Positions 30,014 through 39,347 of a stretch of 64,000 nucleotides of DNA are shown here, one piece after another. A program made the position numbers and the translations under genes. The number at the start of each line of letters is the position of its first letter. The stretch's first letter is position 1. This stretch comes from a virus. Location: UHGV virus genome UHGV-0039337; one strand, given 5' to 3'. The notes beneath the pieces are model-generated. The model did no database searches. It was not told where the DNA came from and worked only from the letters and a program-made list of their open reading frames with translations.

Positions 30014-31194
30014 ATCAACATCGGCATCGCTCATTATTATTATCTTATGATATCGTAAGTTATCTATATTAAAATCTTCACCTATACCACACTCTAAACT
30101 ATATAATATATCTTTTAATTTATCAGATGATAATACTTTATCTAAAGTCATTTCTTCTACATTTGGTATTTTCCCGAATACAGGTAATATTGCTTGAGTA
30201 TTCTTGTCACATGCGGTAGTTGCTGTAGAAGCTGCACTATCACCTTCAACTAAAAATATTTCGCAAGCTTCAGGATCTTTACTAGCACATTTTACTAATT
30301 TTTCAACTTTTTTATTAGCGAAATTTTTATTCTTTCTTGCAGCTTCTTTTGCTTTATAGGCGGCTTCTCTGATCTTGTTTGATTCAATAACTTTATTAAG
30401 TATATTATCTTTATCATTCGGTAGTTTATCAAATTGATCTTCACAAAACTCCTTTACTTCACTATACAATATGCTTGCTATTACAGGCATATTTAAATAA
30501 TCTTTTCCTTGTCCTATATAGTTAGGATCTGGTACCTTGACACTAACTACTGCTATTATACCTTCACGTGTGTCTTCTGCTGTTAATTGTGTTTTAGATT
30601 TAGGATATTCATTTTCAAAGCAATCTTTAACAGCTGTAGCTATACCACGTTTAAATCCTGTTATATTAGAAGATTTACCATCGGTATTTATAACATTATT
30701 AGTAAACGCTATTATATTATCACTATAAGCCTGAGTCCAAGCAAAAGCTACAGATATTTCACACGATTTATCATTATCCATTTCAACTGATTTAGTTAAG
30801 AACCAAGGATCATGAATACTTTCTTTGTTAGCTGTAAGTTCTTCAACATATGCTTTAACACCCTCTGGATAATTATAGATTTCATGTATGTTATAGTCCC
30901 CATATTCTATATCTACTTTAATAGTAAGTTCAGGATTAAGATAGCATATTTGTTTCATTCTGCTATTAATAGCTGGTATATTAAAATCATCTTTATCAGC
31001 CCATATTTCAGGATCTGGTTCACATTGTATAAGAGTCATAGTAAAGTCTTCACGTGATATTTCTTCTACTTCGTGTAATTTATGAGTCACTAATCCTTGT
31101 TCAAATTCCATATCATATACTTTACCACCAGTATATATTTCAACATGGAACCATTTAGATAAGAAGTTTATACATGATGCTCCTACGCCATTTA
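30014..31194 (-). CDS. gyrB: GyrB-like subunit, exon 2 (ATPase C-part, transducer, Toprim start)
   Basis: The frame extends upstream of the first Met to NGVGASCINFLS (GyrB HGVGVSVVNALS). Contains EGVKAYVE, DTREGIIAVVSVKVPDPNYIGQGKD, and Toprim EIFLVEGDSA ... KIIIMSDADVD. Confidence 0.75.
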
Positions 31195-31869
31195 CAATAG
31201 TTCACATAGGTTCGCTATTCCTATGCCGCACTATTACGTGCAGCCTCTAGTTTTCACTAGGGATCGGACTATATCATCACCCTTTAATAAGGGGTTCTCC
31301 ATTTCCATTTAATAGGTAATTAAGAGCCTTATTACGGCTCACCTAACCGCTTGGCTGTACTCTACTCACTTCTGTTACTATCAGAATCGCTTTCGATAGT
31401 CTCTGAACTTTCATTTATTCCATTTAAATAACCAAATTCTTGTTCTTTTTCTCTTCTAAAATCAATACACATCTGTTTAGCTTGTTCATAACCATATTTT
31501 TTACACGATCTTGATATTCTACATTTTTTATGTTCATTATCTTTTATTTCTGCAATCCAAGAATCTCTACTTTTATCATATCTTACACCTTTTATTCCGC
31601 TTGTGTTACATTCTCTTAATGATGTATTTTTTAAATTTTCGTGTCTTGTTGTTATTCTTAAATTGTTTTTACGATTATCCAGACCGTTATGATTTAAATG
31701 ATCTACAACAATGTCGTAACCTTCTACGTCTAATATTAATCTGTGCAAATATATTGGTTATATAAAATAAATGTTTAGCTGCTGATTGCCATATGCTTAT
31801 GCACTTAGGTTTCCAGCAATTAAAAGAATTTTTCGATACACATTACTGCGTAAAGGGACTAAATAGTTA
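31195..31869 (-). mobile_element. group I intron (about 0.68 kb) in gyrB ATPase-domain codons (..SAGL|NGVG..)
   Basis: Exon 1 reads K-S-A-G-L then a stop 2 codons later. Splicing GGAT|TAAATGGC restores AGLNGVGAS, which is colinear with GyrB GGLHGVGVS. The 5' exon ends in U and the intron ends in G. An HNH-AP2 ORF sits in the middle, with structured flanks 31195-31361 and 31749-31869. Confidence 0.6.
31362..31748 (-). CDS. HNH homing endonuclease with AP2-like DNA-binding domain (intron-encoded)
   Basis: 128 aa. DHLNHNGLDNRKNNLRITTRHENLKN (HNH_3) followed by GVRYDKSRDSWIAEI (AP2-like). Confidence 0.7.
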   Translation of the reverse strand: MHRLILDVEGYDIVVDHLNHNGLDNRKNNLRITTRHENLKNTSLRECNTSGIKGVRYDKSRDSWIAEIKDNEHKKCRISRSCKKYGYEQAKQMCIDFRREKEQEFGYLNGINESSETIESDSDSNRSE

Positions 31870-32236
31870 ATCCAGCTGATTTAACACCTTCTTCAAATTT
31901 AGTACCAGCTTTTAATCTAGACATACATAATTCAGCTATGGTACATCCTGGTATTTCATCTGATTCTTCTGTAGGTAACGCACCTGCGCTATCTGTTACT
32001 GTTATCCATCCTTGTTTATCTATATTTACTGTTATCTCTTTCTTGGTATATAAATGACTACTTTCGTCATTAACTAGAATATCTACACCATTATCTACTA
32101 ATTCATATATACAATAGTCTTTATTTGGTATATACATTCCCGGTCTAAGTCTTACGTGTTCTCTGTCGTCGAGAAGTTTAAAATCATCTGCTTGTCTTAC
32201 TTTTTTAACCATTTTAGGTTTTTTAATTTTACTCAA
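31870..32236 (-). CDS. gyrB: GyrB-like subunit, exon 1 (N-terminal ATP-binding about 122 aa)
   Basis: DDFKLLDDREHVRLRPGMYI, ELVDNGVD, ITVTDSAGALP, AELCMSRLKAGTKFEEGVKSAGL match the GyrB N-terminal motifs (RKRPGMYIG, E.VDN..DE, V.DNGRGIP, HAGGKFD..YKVSGGL). Confidence 0.75.
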
Positions 32237-32251
32237 TCTATCACCTCATAA

Positions 32252-32527
32252 CTATATATCTTGTTCTAACCATTTTGAATAATCAAACATTTTACTACTA
32301 TCGTGATTTATTTCTAATAATATTTTTTTAAAATATTTATATAATGCATATTCATCATATTCATTTAATATAACAACAGGTATATTTACTATTTTGTATT
32401 CCACTTTATTTATTGTTAATTCTATATGAAAAAATTCTACACCTTTTTCTTTTAACAATTCTTTCATAAAGTTAGTATCTAATTCAGTATATTCTCCTGA
32501 TATTGTTTTTGTATATGTTCTAATCAT
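32252..32527 (-). CDS. hypothetical protein
   Basis: 91-aa ORF. Confidence 0.3.
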   Translation of the reverse strand: MIRTYTKTISGEYTELDTNFMKELLKEKGVEFFHIELTINKVEYKIVNIPVVILNEYDEYALYKYFKKILLEINHDSSKMFDYSKWLEQDI

Positions 32528-33312
32528 TTATTAAACACTTCTTTAAATGCTTTATGATTTTCTGAACTTTTATTTGGTATAGCAAATACTATAGTCTTAA
32601 ATAACTTAGGATATTTATCTAATATTTCTTTAAAGATTTTGGCTACTTCATATGGATCTTGTCCAAATACACCGCATCCATAAGCTCCTAGTATTAAAGT
32701 ATTTACATCATTCTTTACAGCCATGTCTATTATAAATTTTATTCTGCTTTTTAATACTTTATAATTTTCTTTGTTAGATACATTGCAATATTTCTGTGCT
32801 GCAGTTTTATTAGGCGCTGCACATGTTATAACATCACAATATACATATCTATCTTCTCTTTTAAATAATACATCTGGAGTGTATAATCCTCTGTTAAGAT
32901 ATAATGCTTTGTTCTTATGTTGATTATTCAATGAATAAAAGTCAGGTATTTCTTTTAATACATTATACAAATATGATTCATGACATAAGCATTCTTCTTG
33001 TGCTTTTGATCCTTTTAAAAACATACCGCCTGGATTCTTATATGAAGAAAAATTTAACACTGCAGTTATTTCATCTTTGTATTCAAATATTGCAGTTACA
33101 CTATCAAGATCACATATTATAATGTCAGCGTTTTTATCACGATTATTGTATTTTTCTAGTTCCATATTAAAACCTGTATTATATAAGTATGTCTCATCTA
33201 TACAGTCTTTAATTTCTTCTTTAAATTTTTCTTCCATTTGTTCAGTATGTTTTTTTGCTACTTGTGCTCTTTGTTCTTTATTGATCCAATATTGAGAAGT
33301 ATTATAAGCCAT
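32524..33312 (-). CDS. macrodomain protein of the microbial PARG-like family (DUF2263 / TIGR02452-like)
   Basis: 262 aa. LNFSSYKNPGGMFLKGSKAQEECLCHESYLY ... CAAPN ... LILGAYGCGVFGQDP fits the DUF2263 signature (NFAS..NPGGGFL.G..AQEE.LCR.S.LY ... AAPN ... LVLGAWGCGVFGNDP). Confidence 0.6.
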   Translation of the reverse strand: MAYNTSQYWINKEQRAQVAKKHTEQMEEKFKEEIKDCIDETYLYNTGFNMELEKYNNRDKNADIIICDLDSVTAIFEYKDEITAVLNFSSYKNPGGMFLKGSKAQEECLCHESYLYNVLKEIPDFYSLNNQHKNKALYLNRGLYTPDVLFKREDRYVYCDVITCAAPNKTAAQKYCNVSNKENYKVLKSRIKFIIDMAVKNDVNTLILGAYGCGVFGQDPYEVAKIFKEILDKYPKLFKTIVFAIPNKSSENHKAFKEVFNK

Positions 33313-33478
33313 TACTTATCGCACCTTTCTATTTTATATTCTATTATTTTTCTGGCATATTTATCATTTAGAAGTAATGAATCACGGATTAATTCATGAA
33401 TATATTTTATAGGTCCCATACCATAAAATTTATATTCATTACTATTGTCATATCTCAAATATATTCTGTACATCATTA

Positions 33479-33904
33479 TTAATTACCTTCATCATCTATT
33501 TCGTCTATTAAGATTGTACCTTTAATAGTTGATATTGCTGCTGTTATTAAAGTTTGTACAGTTTCTTCTCTTGTAAATTGCCCTTCTAAAGGTGCAGAAT
33601 ATTTAGCTGGTCTATATTGTTTGCCTTGTATTTTATTAGCGTCTTCCATATGATATACGTTGATTACGAATATATTTACTATCGGAGTACCATTTTTATG
33701 ATCTATGCTTTGCCCGTCATATATAAATACATATGGTTCTTCATCTCCGTGTTCATTAACTATATATTCTTCTATTTTGCCTTCCCACATAAGTCTGTTA
33801 GCTAATTCTTTAGCTACTGCTCTTATTTCTTCATGCATTTTTATATCGCTGTCTATTTCAGCCCATCCAGCTTTTAAAATTTTATTAATAGTTTCATTAT
33901 CCAT
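33479..33904 (-). CDS. hypothetical protein
   Basis: 141-aa ORF. Confidence 0.35.
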   Translation of the reverse strand: MDNETINKILKAGWAEIDSDIKMHEEIRAVAKELANRLMWEGKIEEYIVNEHGDEEPYVFIYDGQSIDHKNGTPIVNIFVINVYHMEDANKIQGKQYRPAKYSAPLEGQFTREETVQTLITAAISTIKGTILIDEIDDEGN

Positions 33905-33971
33905 TATATCACTCCTTTAAAAAGATAATTAAGGCATAGACAACGCAGTGTCATCTATGCCTGTTTAGCCA

Positions 33972-34406
33972 TTATTTAGCTACAGCTGGTTTCTTTATTC
34001 CTGGTTTACCTGGTTTAGAAGGTTTAGTAGCTGCTGGTTTAGTAGCTCTATGACGTTCTGTTGTAGGTGCTTCTCCATTATCAGTAGTTTTAGCACTATC
34101 TAAAACATTTAAAGTATTTACATGACATTTAGTAAATGTTCTATTTTCTCCTTCTTCGTTTTGATATTGGTCTACTCTCATTTCACCATCTATTTCTACT
34201 AATCTTCCTTTAGTTACATAGTTACTTATGAATTCAGCAGTTTTTCCAAATGCTTCACATGGTATAAAGTCAGCTGGTCTATTACCATCTTTATCTTTAT
34301 AGTTTCTATTTACTGCAACAGTAAATTTAGCTACCATATTATTTTCTCCTATTGCTTTCACTTCTGGGTCTTTACAAAATCTTCCAGTTAATACTAATTT
34401 ATTCAT
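33972..34406 (-). CDS. ssb: single-stranded DNA-binding protein (SSB, OB-fold)
   Basis: MNKLVLTGRFCKDPEVKAIGENNMVAKFTVAVNR...DFIPCEAFGKTAEFISNYVTKGRLVEIDGEMRVDQYQNEEGENR is the canonical SSB OB-fold pattern. Confidence 0.75.
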   Translation of the reverse strand: MNKLVLTGRFCKDPEVKAIGENNMVAKFTVAVNRNYKDKDGNRPADFIPCEAFGKTAEFISNYVTKGRLVEIDGEMRVDQYQNEEGENRTFTKCHVNTLNVLDSAKTTDNGEAPTTERHRATKPAATKPSKPGKPGIKKPAVAK

Positions 34407-34559
34407 TTTAAATCTCCTTATATTTGCAGGGCGTCACCTGCTACCTTTAATTATTTTTTTATTTTTTACATTAAAAAAGCCACCATGGGCTTGTCCATTT
34501 AAGCAAAATTTACTAAGGCTGGACCTTGCCTATTTTATTACATGTATAATATATGCTTC

Positions 34560-35222
34560 TTATTCTTCATCGTCATTAGGGAATATAAAATCAAATAAAG
34601 CTTCTGCATTAGCATCATCTATAAAATCTGTGCTATGCTCTATAGCATTTATTTCAAGATTACTAAAGTCTACTATATATGCTATTAATTGTTGTTCTGT
34701 TAATACAGTTGCCATACATGCAGCATATGCTCTAGGTAATCCTGGATTCATGTAATTAAATTTTTCTTTATATGCTTCAAAACATTCATTTTCTGTTAAA
34801 TATAATCCTATAGAATCAGCTGTATTTTCATCTAATCCTTCATCTTTTAATTCATTATAAGCATCTGTTATATCTACTTCTTCATCGTTGTCATTTAACA
34901 CTACTCTTACAACTTCTGCATCTTCAAATATTTTATCAGCATTTTTAACATTAGTAGAATCTTCTTCTACTGTTTCAGTCTCAGCAGTTACATCTTCAGG
35001 TTCTTCTACGTCTTCAACTATAGATTCTTCTATTTCATCTTCTGCTAATTCTTCTTCGTGTACTATACCAGTTGGTATATTTGATACAGTGCACATATCA
35101 ATGAATATTTCAATGTACTTACCTCTAAGTTCTGCTCTCTTAGCAACATCTTCTACGCTTTCTAATTCTTCTGCCATTTTGTCTAGTTGGCTAACTATAT
35201 AATCTTTTTGTTTTTTATTCAT
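34560..35222 (-). CDS. hypothetical highly acidic protein
   Basis: 220 aa with a Glu/Asp-rich central repeat. Confidence 0.35.
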   Translation of the reverse strand: MNKKQKDYIVSQLDKMAEELESVEDVAKRAELRGKYIEIFIDMCTVSNIPTGIVHEEELAEDEIEESIVEDVEEPEDVTAETETVEEDSTNVKNADKIFEDAEVVRVVLNDNDEEVDITDAYNELKDEGLDENTADSIGLYLTENECFEAYKEKFNYMNPGLPRAYAACMATVLTEQQLIAYIVDFSNLEINAIEHSTDFIDDANAEALFDFIFPNDDEE

Positions 35223-35341
35223 TAATCATTTCTCCTTTTATTATATAATATTATTTTTTTACTAGATTTTTTTATCATTATAGTGTATCATAATAGTATA
35301 ATCCCTTTTAAGTGATTACATTACTCCATACTATAATAATA

Positions 35342-35378
35342 AGGGGCGATCCGTTTTGCGGTCGCCCCTCTCTCTTTC
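35342..35378 (-). terminator. GC-rich hairpin terminator downstream of clpX exon 2
   Basis: aggggcgatccg/cggtcgcccct perfect hairpin. T-rich sequence follows on the minus strand. Confidence 0.45.
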
Positions 35379-35380
35379 TA

Positions 35381-36250
35381 TTATTCAATTGCTTCTTTTG
35401 CTGTTTCTCTTAATATATCTACTGTTAAATCTTCACGTACTATTACTTTTTTTACTGTAGGATCTCCTGGAACCTCAAATTTGGTTTCAAATAATATATC
35501 TTCCATTACTGTTCTTAATGCTCTAGCACCCATTTTTCTTTCTTTTGCTTTTTGTGCTATTTTAGGCAATGCACCTTCTTCTATGTCAAAATCTATACCA
35601 TCCATTTTAAATTCTTCTTTATATTGTTTTAATAAAGCATGTTTAGGTTGAGTTAGAATCTTAACCATGGCTTCTTCACTTAATTCATGATATACAGCTA
35701 ATAATGGACATCTGCCTATAACTTCTGGTATTATACCAAATTCTACTAAATCATCTGGTATGACTTGAGATATAACATTATTATAATCCATTTCTCCTTT
35801 TGATTCTGGCTTACCATTAAACCCTATGCCTACAGATCCTTTTTTAAGTCTTTTATTTATTATTTCTTCTAGACCTACAAATGCTCCACCTAATATAAAT
35901 AATATATTAGTAGTGTCTATTTTAACGCTTTTAGAATCTAATTTATTTAATTTAACGTCCATTTCGCAGCCTTCAATCATTTTTAGTATAGATTGTTGTA
36001 CTGCTTTACCGTTAACATCTTTGTTATCTCCTCTTGCATCAGATGCTTTAATTTTGTCAAATTCATCTATAAATACTATTCCTTTTTGTGTTTTTTCTAC
36101 GTCTCTACCTGCTGCGATATATAAATCTTTTATCATATCCTCTGTATCACGTCCAACATATCCTGTGCTTGAGAAAGAACTGGCGTCTTGTATAGTAAAT
36201 GGTATATCCATACAAGAACATATAGCTCTTATGGTTTCACTTTTCCCACT
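35381..36250 (-). CDS. clpX: ClpX ATPase, exon 2
   Basis: In-frame extension SGKSETIRAICSCMDIPFTIQDASSFSSTGYVGRDTE...GIVFIDEFDKI aligns with ClpX [37 protein letters not shown]...GIVYIDEIDKI. Confidence 0.8.
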   Translation of the reverse strand, partial: SGKSETIRAICSCMDIPFTIQDASSFSSTGYVGRDTEDMIKDLYIAAGRDVEKTQKGIVFIDEFDKIKASDARGDNKDVNGKAVQQSILKMIEGCEMDVKLNKLDSKSVKIDTTNILFILGGAFVGLEEIINKRLKKGSVGIGFNGKPESKGEMDYNNVISQVIPDDLVEFGIIPEVIGRCPLLAVYHELSEEAMVKILTQPKHALLKQYKEEFKMDGIDFDIEEGALPKIAQKAKERKMGARALRTVMEDILFETKFEVPGDPTVKKVIVREDLTVDILRETAKEAIE

Positions 36251-37441
36251 CGTTCGTTATTAGCGCATAGTTTTTTATCTATGCCTCTGGGCCATTACAG
36301 CCATTTTCATCGGTGTGTTAATTCACACTCAGTCTAGCGTACTTGTTTACGTAATTTACTTGGACAAAACGTAGGACGGCCTCTTGGTGCATTATTTCAG
36401 CACTACGCGTTGCGCCTGACGTGTTGACATATCAACACTCACTATATCACTATAGCTTATCCACTTTTATAGTGGCGCCTTCGGGCTCGAATACACTGTA
36501 TGCAATTTACAATCATACTTTACGTGATCTTCGCTTAATTCCATCCTCATAATCTAGAGTCTTCATTGTCCTTTTGGCTCTAGACGGCAGTAATCTAAGT
36601 ATTTTTTATATTTTCTATCTAAATATATTGTAGCATCTTTATATAACCATTTTAAAAATGCTTCTAACGCTTTAGTACTTGATATATTTAATTCAGGTAT
36701 TTTATAGTCATATTCATAAATTCTAATATGATCTATGGTTTCTTCAACATTATATTTAATAGTTTCTATTAATGATTCTAAAACTGTTCTATCATAGCAT
36801 ATAATTCTAAAAGTAGTACTACCTTTAGTTCTTATGTTTAGGTTTCCATCTCCATCGTATAATCCTCTTATAAAATGATTCATATATTCATTAGGTATAT
36901 CTGGAACAACCCATCCATATGTTTTGTTATGCACTACTCCTAGTTCTTTTAATTTTGTTGCTATAATTTTATCTCTTATATTTATTCTATAATAATCAGT
37001 TCCATTTATTGTTTTTATTCCTACTTTGTGGCTGCTTTCTATATCTGCTTTAAATTTTTCTATGTGTTCTTTATCTTTTATACATATGTCGAGTCCTCCA
37101 TCTTCTGATAAATATCCATCAGCAAATATAAAACCTAACCAATAAGCACTTTTTTCATTCCATTCATTAAAGAAATTACTATTAACTGATTTTTTATTAT
37201 AATGTTGAACTATATTAACACCTGCGGCTTTCATTCTAATAGAAAGCGTACCTCTGTCTCTTTTTAACTGTTTTGCTATTTTAGTAATACTTAAGCCTTC
37301 ATTAAACATATTAGTGGCTTGTTGTATCTCTTCATCTGATATCCTCAAGATAATCACTCCATATTGTGTATTTATCTCTATATTACCGCTACCAGATGAT
37401 CTAATAGAAAATATTGTAAATTTTACTTAGATTATTTGTTT
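36251..37441 (-). mobile_element. group I intron (about 1.19 kb) in clpX inside the Walker A codons (GPTG|SGKS)
   Basis: Exon 1 ends GPTG (GGT, U) then KQII-stop. A LAGLIDADG ORF starts about 84 nt into the insert. The 312-nt structured block 36251-36562 shares the core (ggacggcctcttggtg ... ctacgcgttgcgcctg) with the UvrD and AAA+ introns. Exon 2 begins after acG. Confidence 0.65.
36563..37357 (-). CDS. LAGLIDADG homing endonuclease (intron-encoded)
   Basis: 264 aa with YWLGFIFADGYL and FIRGLYDGDGNL. Over half its residues look identical to ORF 4044..4850 by eye. Confidence 0.85.
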   Translation of the reverse strand: MIILRISDEEIQQATNMFNEGLSITKIAKQLKRDRGTLSIRMKAAGVNIVQHYNKKSVNSNFFNEWNEKSAYWLGFIFADGYLSEDGGLDICIKDKEHIEKFKADIESSHKVGIKTINGTDYYRINIRDKIIATKLKELGVVHNKTYGWVVPDIPNEYMNHFIRGLYDGDGNLNIRTKGSTTFRIICYDRTVLESLIETIKYNVEETIDHIRIYEYDYKIPELNISSTKALEAFLKWLYKDATIYLDRKYKKYLDYCRLEPKGQ

Positions 37442-37843
37442 ACCGGTTGGGCCTAAGAATATAATATTTGATTTATCTATTCTTAATTTATTAGATGCAC
37501 TAGGATCTTCTTCTAATCTTTTTATTCTTTTAGTATGAGAATATAGTTCTGTTGCTATAGTTACTTTAGGTCTTTCTTGTTCTATAACCCAATCATCAAG
37601 ATATTTCTTTATATCTCTTGGAGTATTTATTTCAGTTTTTGCTTGTTCACTATCTTTTTCTAATAAAACTTTTTGTCTTTCTTCAAATTTTTCATATCCT
37701 AATTTTAAACAATTAGAACATATTCTTATCTTTTTGCCATCTACATTTGCTTTAGATTTGTATAAAACAATACCTTTTTCACTTAATTCTTCTTCAGTAT
37801 ATTCTTTACCACAGAAATTACATTTTTTAGTATTCTCAGCCAT
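37442..37843 (-). CDS. clpX: ClpX ATPase, exon 1 (zinc-binding N-domain to Walker A start)
   Basis: CNFCGK...CSNC zinc finger. RDIKKYLDDWVIEQERPKVTIATELYSHTKRIKRL...KSNIIFLGPTG aligns with ClpX PKEI...LD.YVIGQE.AKK.L.VAVYNHYKRL...KSNILLIGPTG. Confidence 0.8.
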
Positions 37844-37871
37844 TATTAATCACTCCCTTTATTTTTATTTA

Positions 37872-38489
37872 TTATATATCATTTCTTGAACTTATTATTT
37901 TATCTACTAAACCCATTTCTAAAGTTTCTTCGGCATTTAACCATGTGTCTAATTTCATCATTTGTCTAAAGTTTTCTAATGATACTTTTCTTGTGTAATC
38001 TGGGTTTAATCTGCTATATAATTTTTCTGCTAATATTTTATTTAAATATTTACTGTGCTCAAAACTAGCTTCCATGTCGTGAACTTTTCCTTGACTGCCT
38101 GAAGATACTTCATGGACCATTACAGAAGATGTAGGTAATATAAATCTTTTACCTGGTGCTCCTTGTGATAATAGGAACGCACCCATAGATGCACTCATAC
38201 CCATACATAAAGTACCTACGTCACAAGATATAAAGTTCATAGTATCGGCTATTGCTAAACCATCGTGTACGCTTCCTCCTGGTGAGTTTATATATAAGAA
38301 TATGTCTTTTTTAGGATCTTCTGCTTCTAAAAATAATAATTGTGCACATATTAAGTTTGAGCTTACATTTGTTACTTCGTCGCCTAAAAATACTATTCTG
38401 TCTTTTAATAGTCTAGAATATATGTCATATGCTCTTTCGCCTTTATTTGTTTGTTCTATTACAGTTGGTATTAATGCCATAAAAAACAC
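37872..38489 (-). CDS. clpP: ATP-dependent Clp protease proteolytic subunit ClpP
   Basis: [33 protein letters not shown]...YINSPGGSV...[12 protein letters not shown]...HEVSSGSQG is canonical ClpP. Confidence 0.85.
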   Translation of the reverse strand: MFFMALIPTVIEQTNKGERAYDIYSRLLKDRIVFLGDEVTNVSSNLICAQLLFLEAEDPKKDIFLYINSPGGSVHDGLAIADTMNFISCDVGTLCMGMSASMGAFLLSQGAPGKRFILPTSSVMVHEVSSGSQGKVHDMEASFEHSKYLNKILAEKLYSRLNPDYTRKVSLENFRQMMKLDTWLNAEETLEMGLVDKIISSRNDI

Positions 38490-38494
38490 TCTCC

Positions 38495-39310
38495 TTATTT
38501 ATTTAATTCTTTTATTATTTTTAAATAATCGTCATTTGTAATTCTCGATCTCATAAATTGTTTGGCTCTTTTCAATTGTCGTGATACCCACGTTTTATTT
38601 CTTTTATATTTTTTGGCTATTTCTACTTGTGTTAAATCTTTGAAATAATGCATCATTACTATGTCGTATGCTAATTCATCATATTCTTTTAATAATTGTA
38701 ATTTTTGCTTAACAAATTCTTTAGCTTCAAATAAAACTATATCTTTTTCTTCATAGTCTTGACACACTGCATCTGTCACTTTACTTTTAGATGCAGAGCT
38801 TGTCATTTGATTAATAGAATTAGAGTGCGCTGACTCTATATACATTGCGTTTACACTTAAGCCATTATGCTTTTGATTTATTTGTCTAGTAAGTTTTACA
38901 TAATGTTGATACATTAAAGTAGATGCGTATGCTATAAATCCTGCATTTCCTTTTACAATACTATATGTGTTAACGGCTTTTAACCAGCCTAATCTTATTC
39001 TAGCAAATAATTCTGTATTTTCTTTATCAACACTATTACTGTACTCAGCTTTATAAAAATCATTAGCATATTTATTGATACAAAAATGTATACTATTTTT
39101 AGTTTTATTATACAATGCAGTCCAATATTCATCTTCATTATATTTTTGACACAATAGAACTAATTGTTCATTTGATAGAAGGCTAGGTTCAATTTGTGAA
39201 TCATGTATATCTGTTATTCTTTTATCTATTGCATCAAGATAACGTTGGTCATTGGTTTTATTGTATAATTTAACGATTTGCAACTCTGTTAAGCTATTTA
39301 ACTCTTCCAA
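38495..39310 (-). CDS. sigma-70 family RNA polymerase sigma factor
   Basis: 271 aa. C-terminal region-4 [35 protein letters not shown]. Region-2-like segment mid-protein. Confidence 0.6.
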   Translation of the reverse strand: MEELNSLTELQIVKLYNKTNDQRYLDAIDKRITDIHDSQIEPSLLSNEQLVLLCQKYNEDEYWTALYNKTKNSIHFCINKYANDFYKAEYSNSVDKENTELFARIRLGWLKAVNTYSIVKGNAGFIAYASTLMYQHYVKLTRQINQKHNGLSVNAMYIESAHSNSINQMTSSASKSKVTDAVCQDYEEKDIVLFEAKEFVKQKLQLLKEYDELAYDIVMMHYFKDLTQVEIAKKYKRNKTWVSRQLKRAKQFMRSRITNDDYLKIIKELNK

Positions 39311-39347
39311 TATTATCCCTCAATTATAAAGCAAAAAAGAAGCTGGT

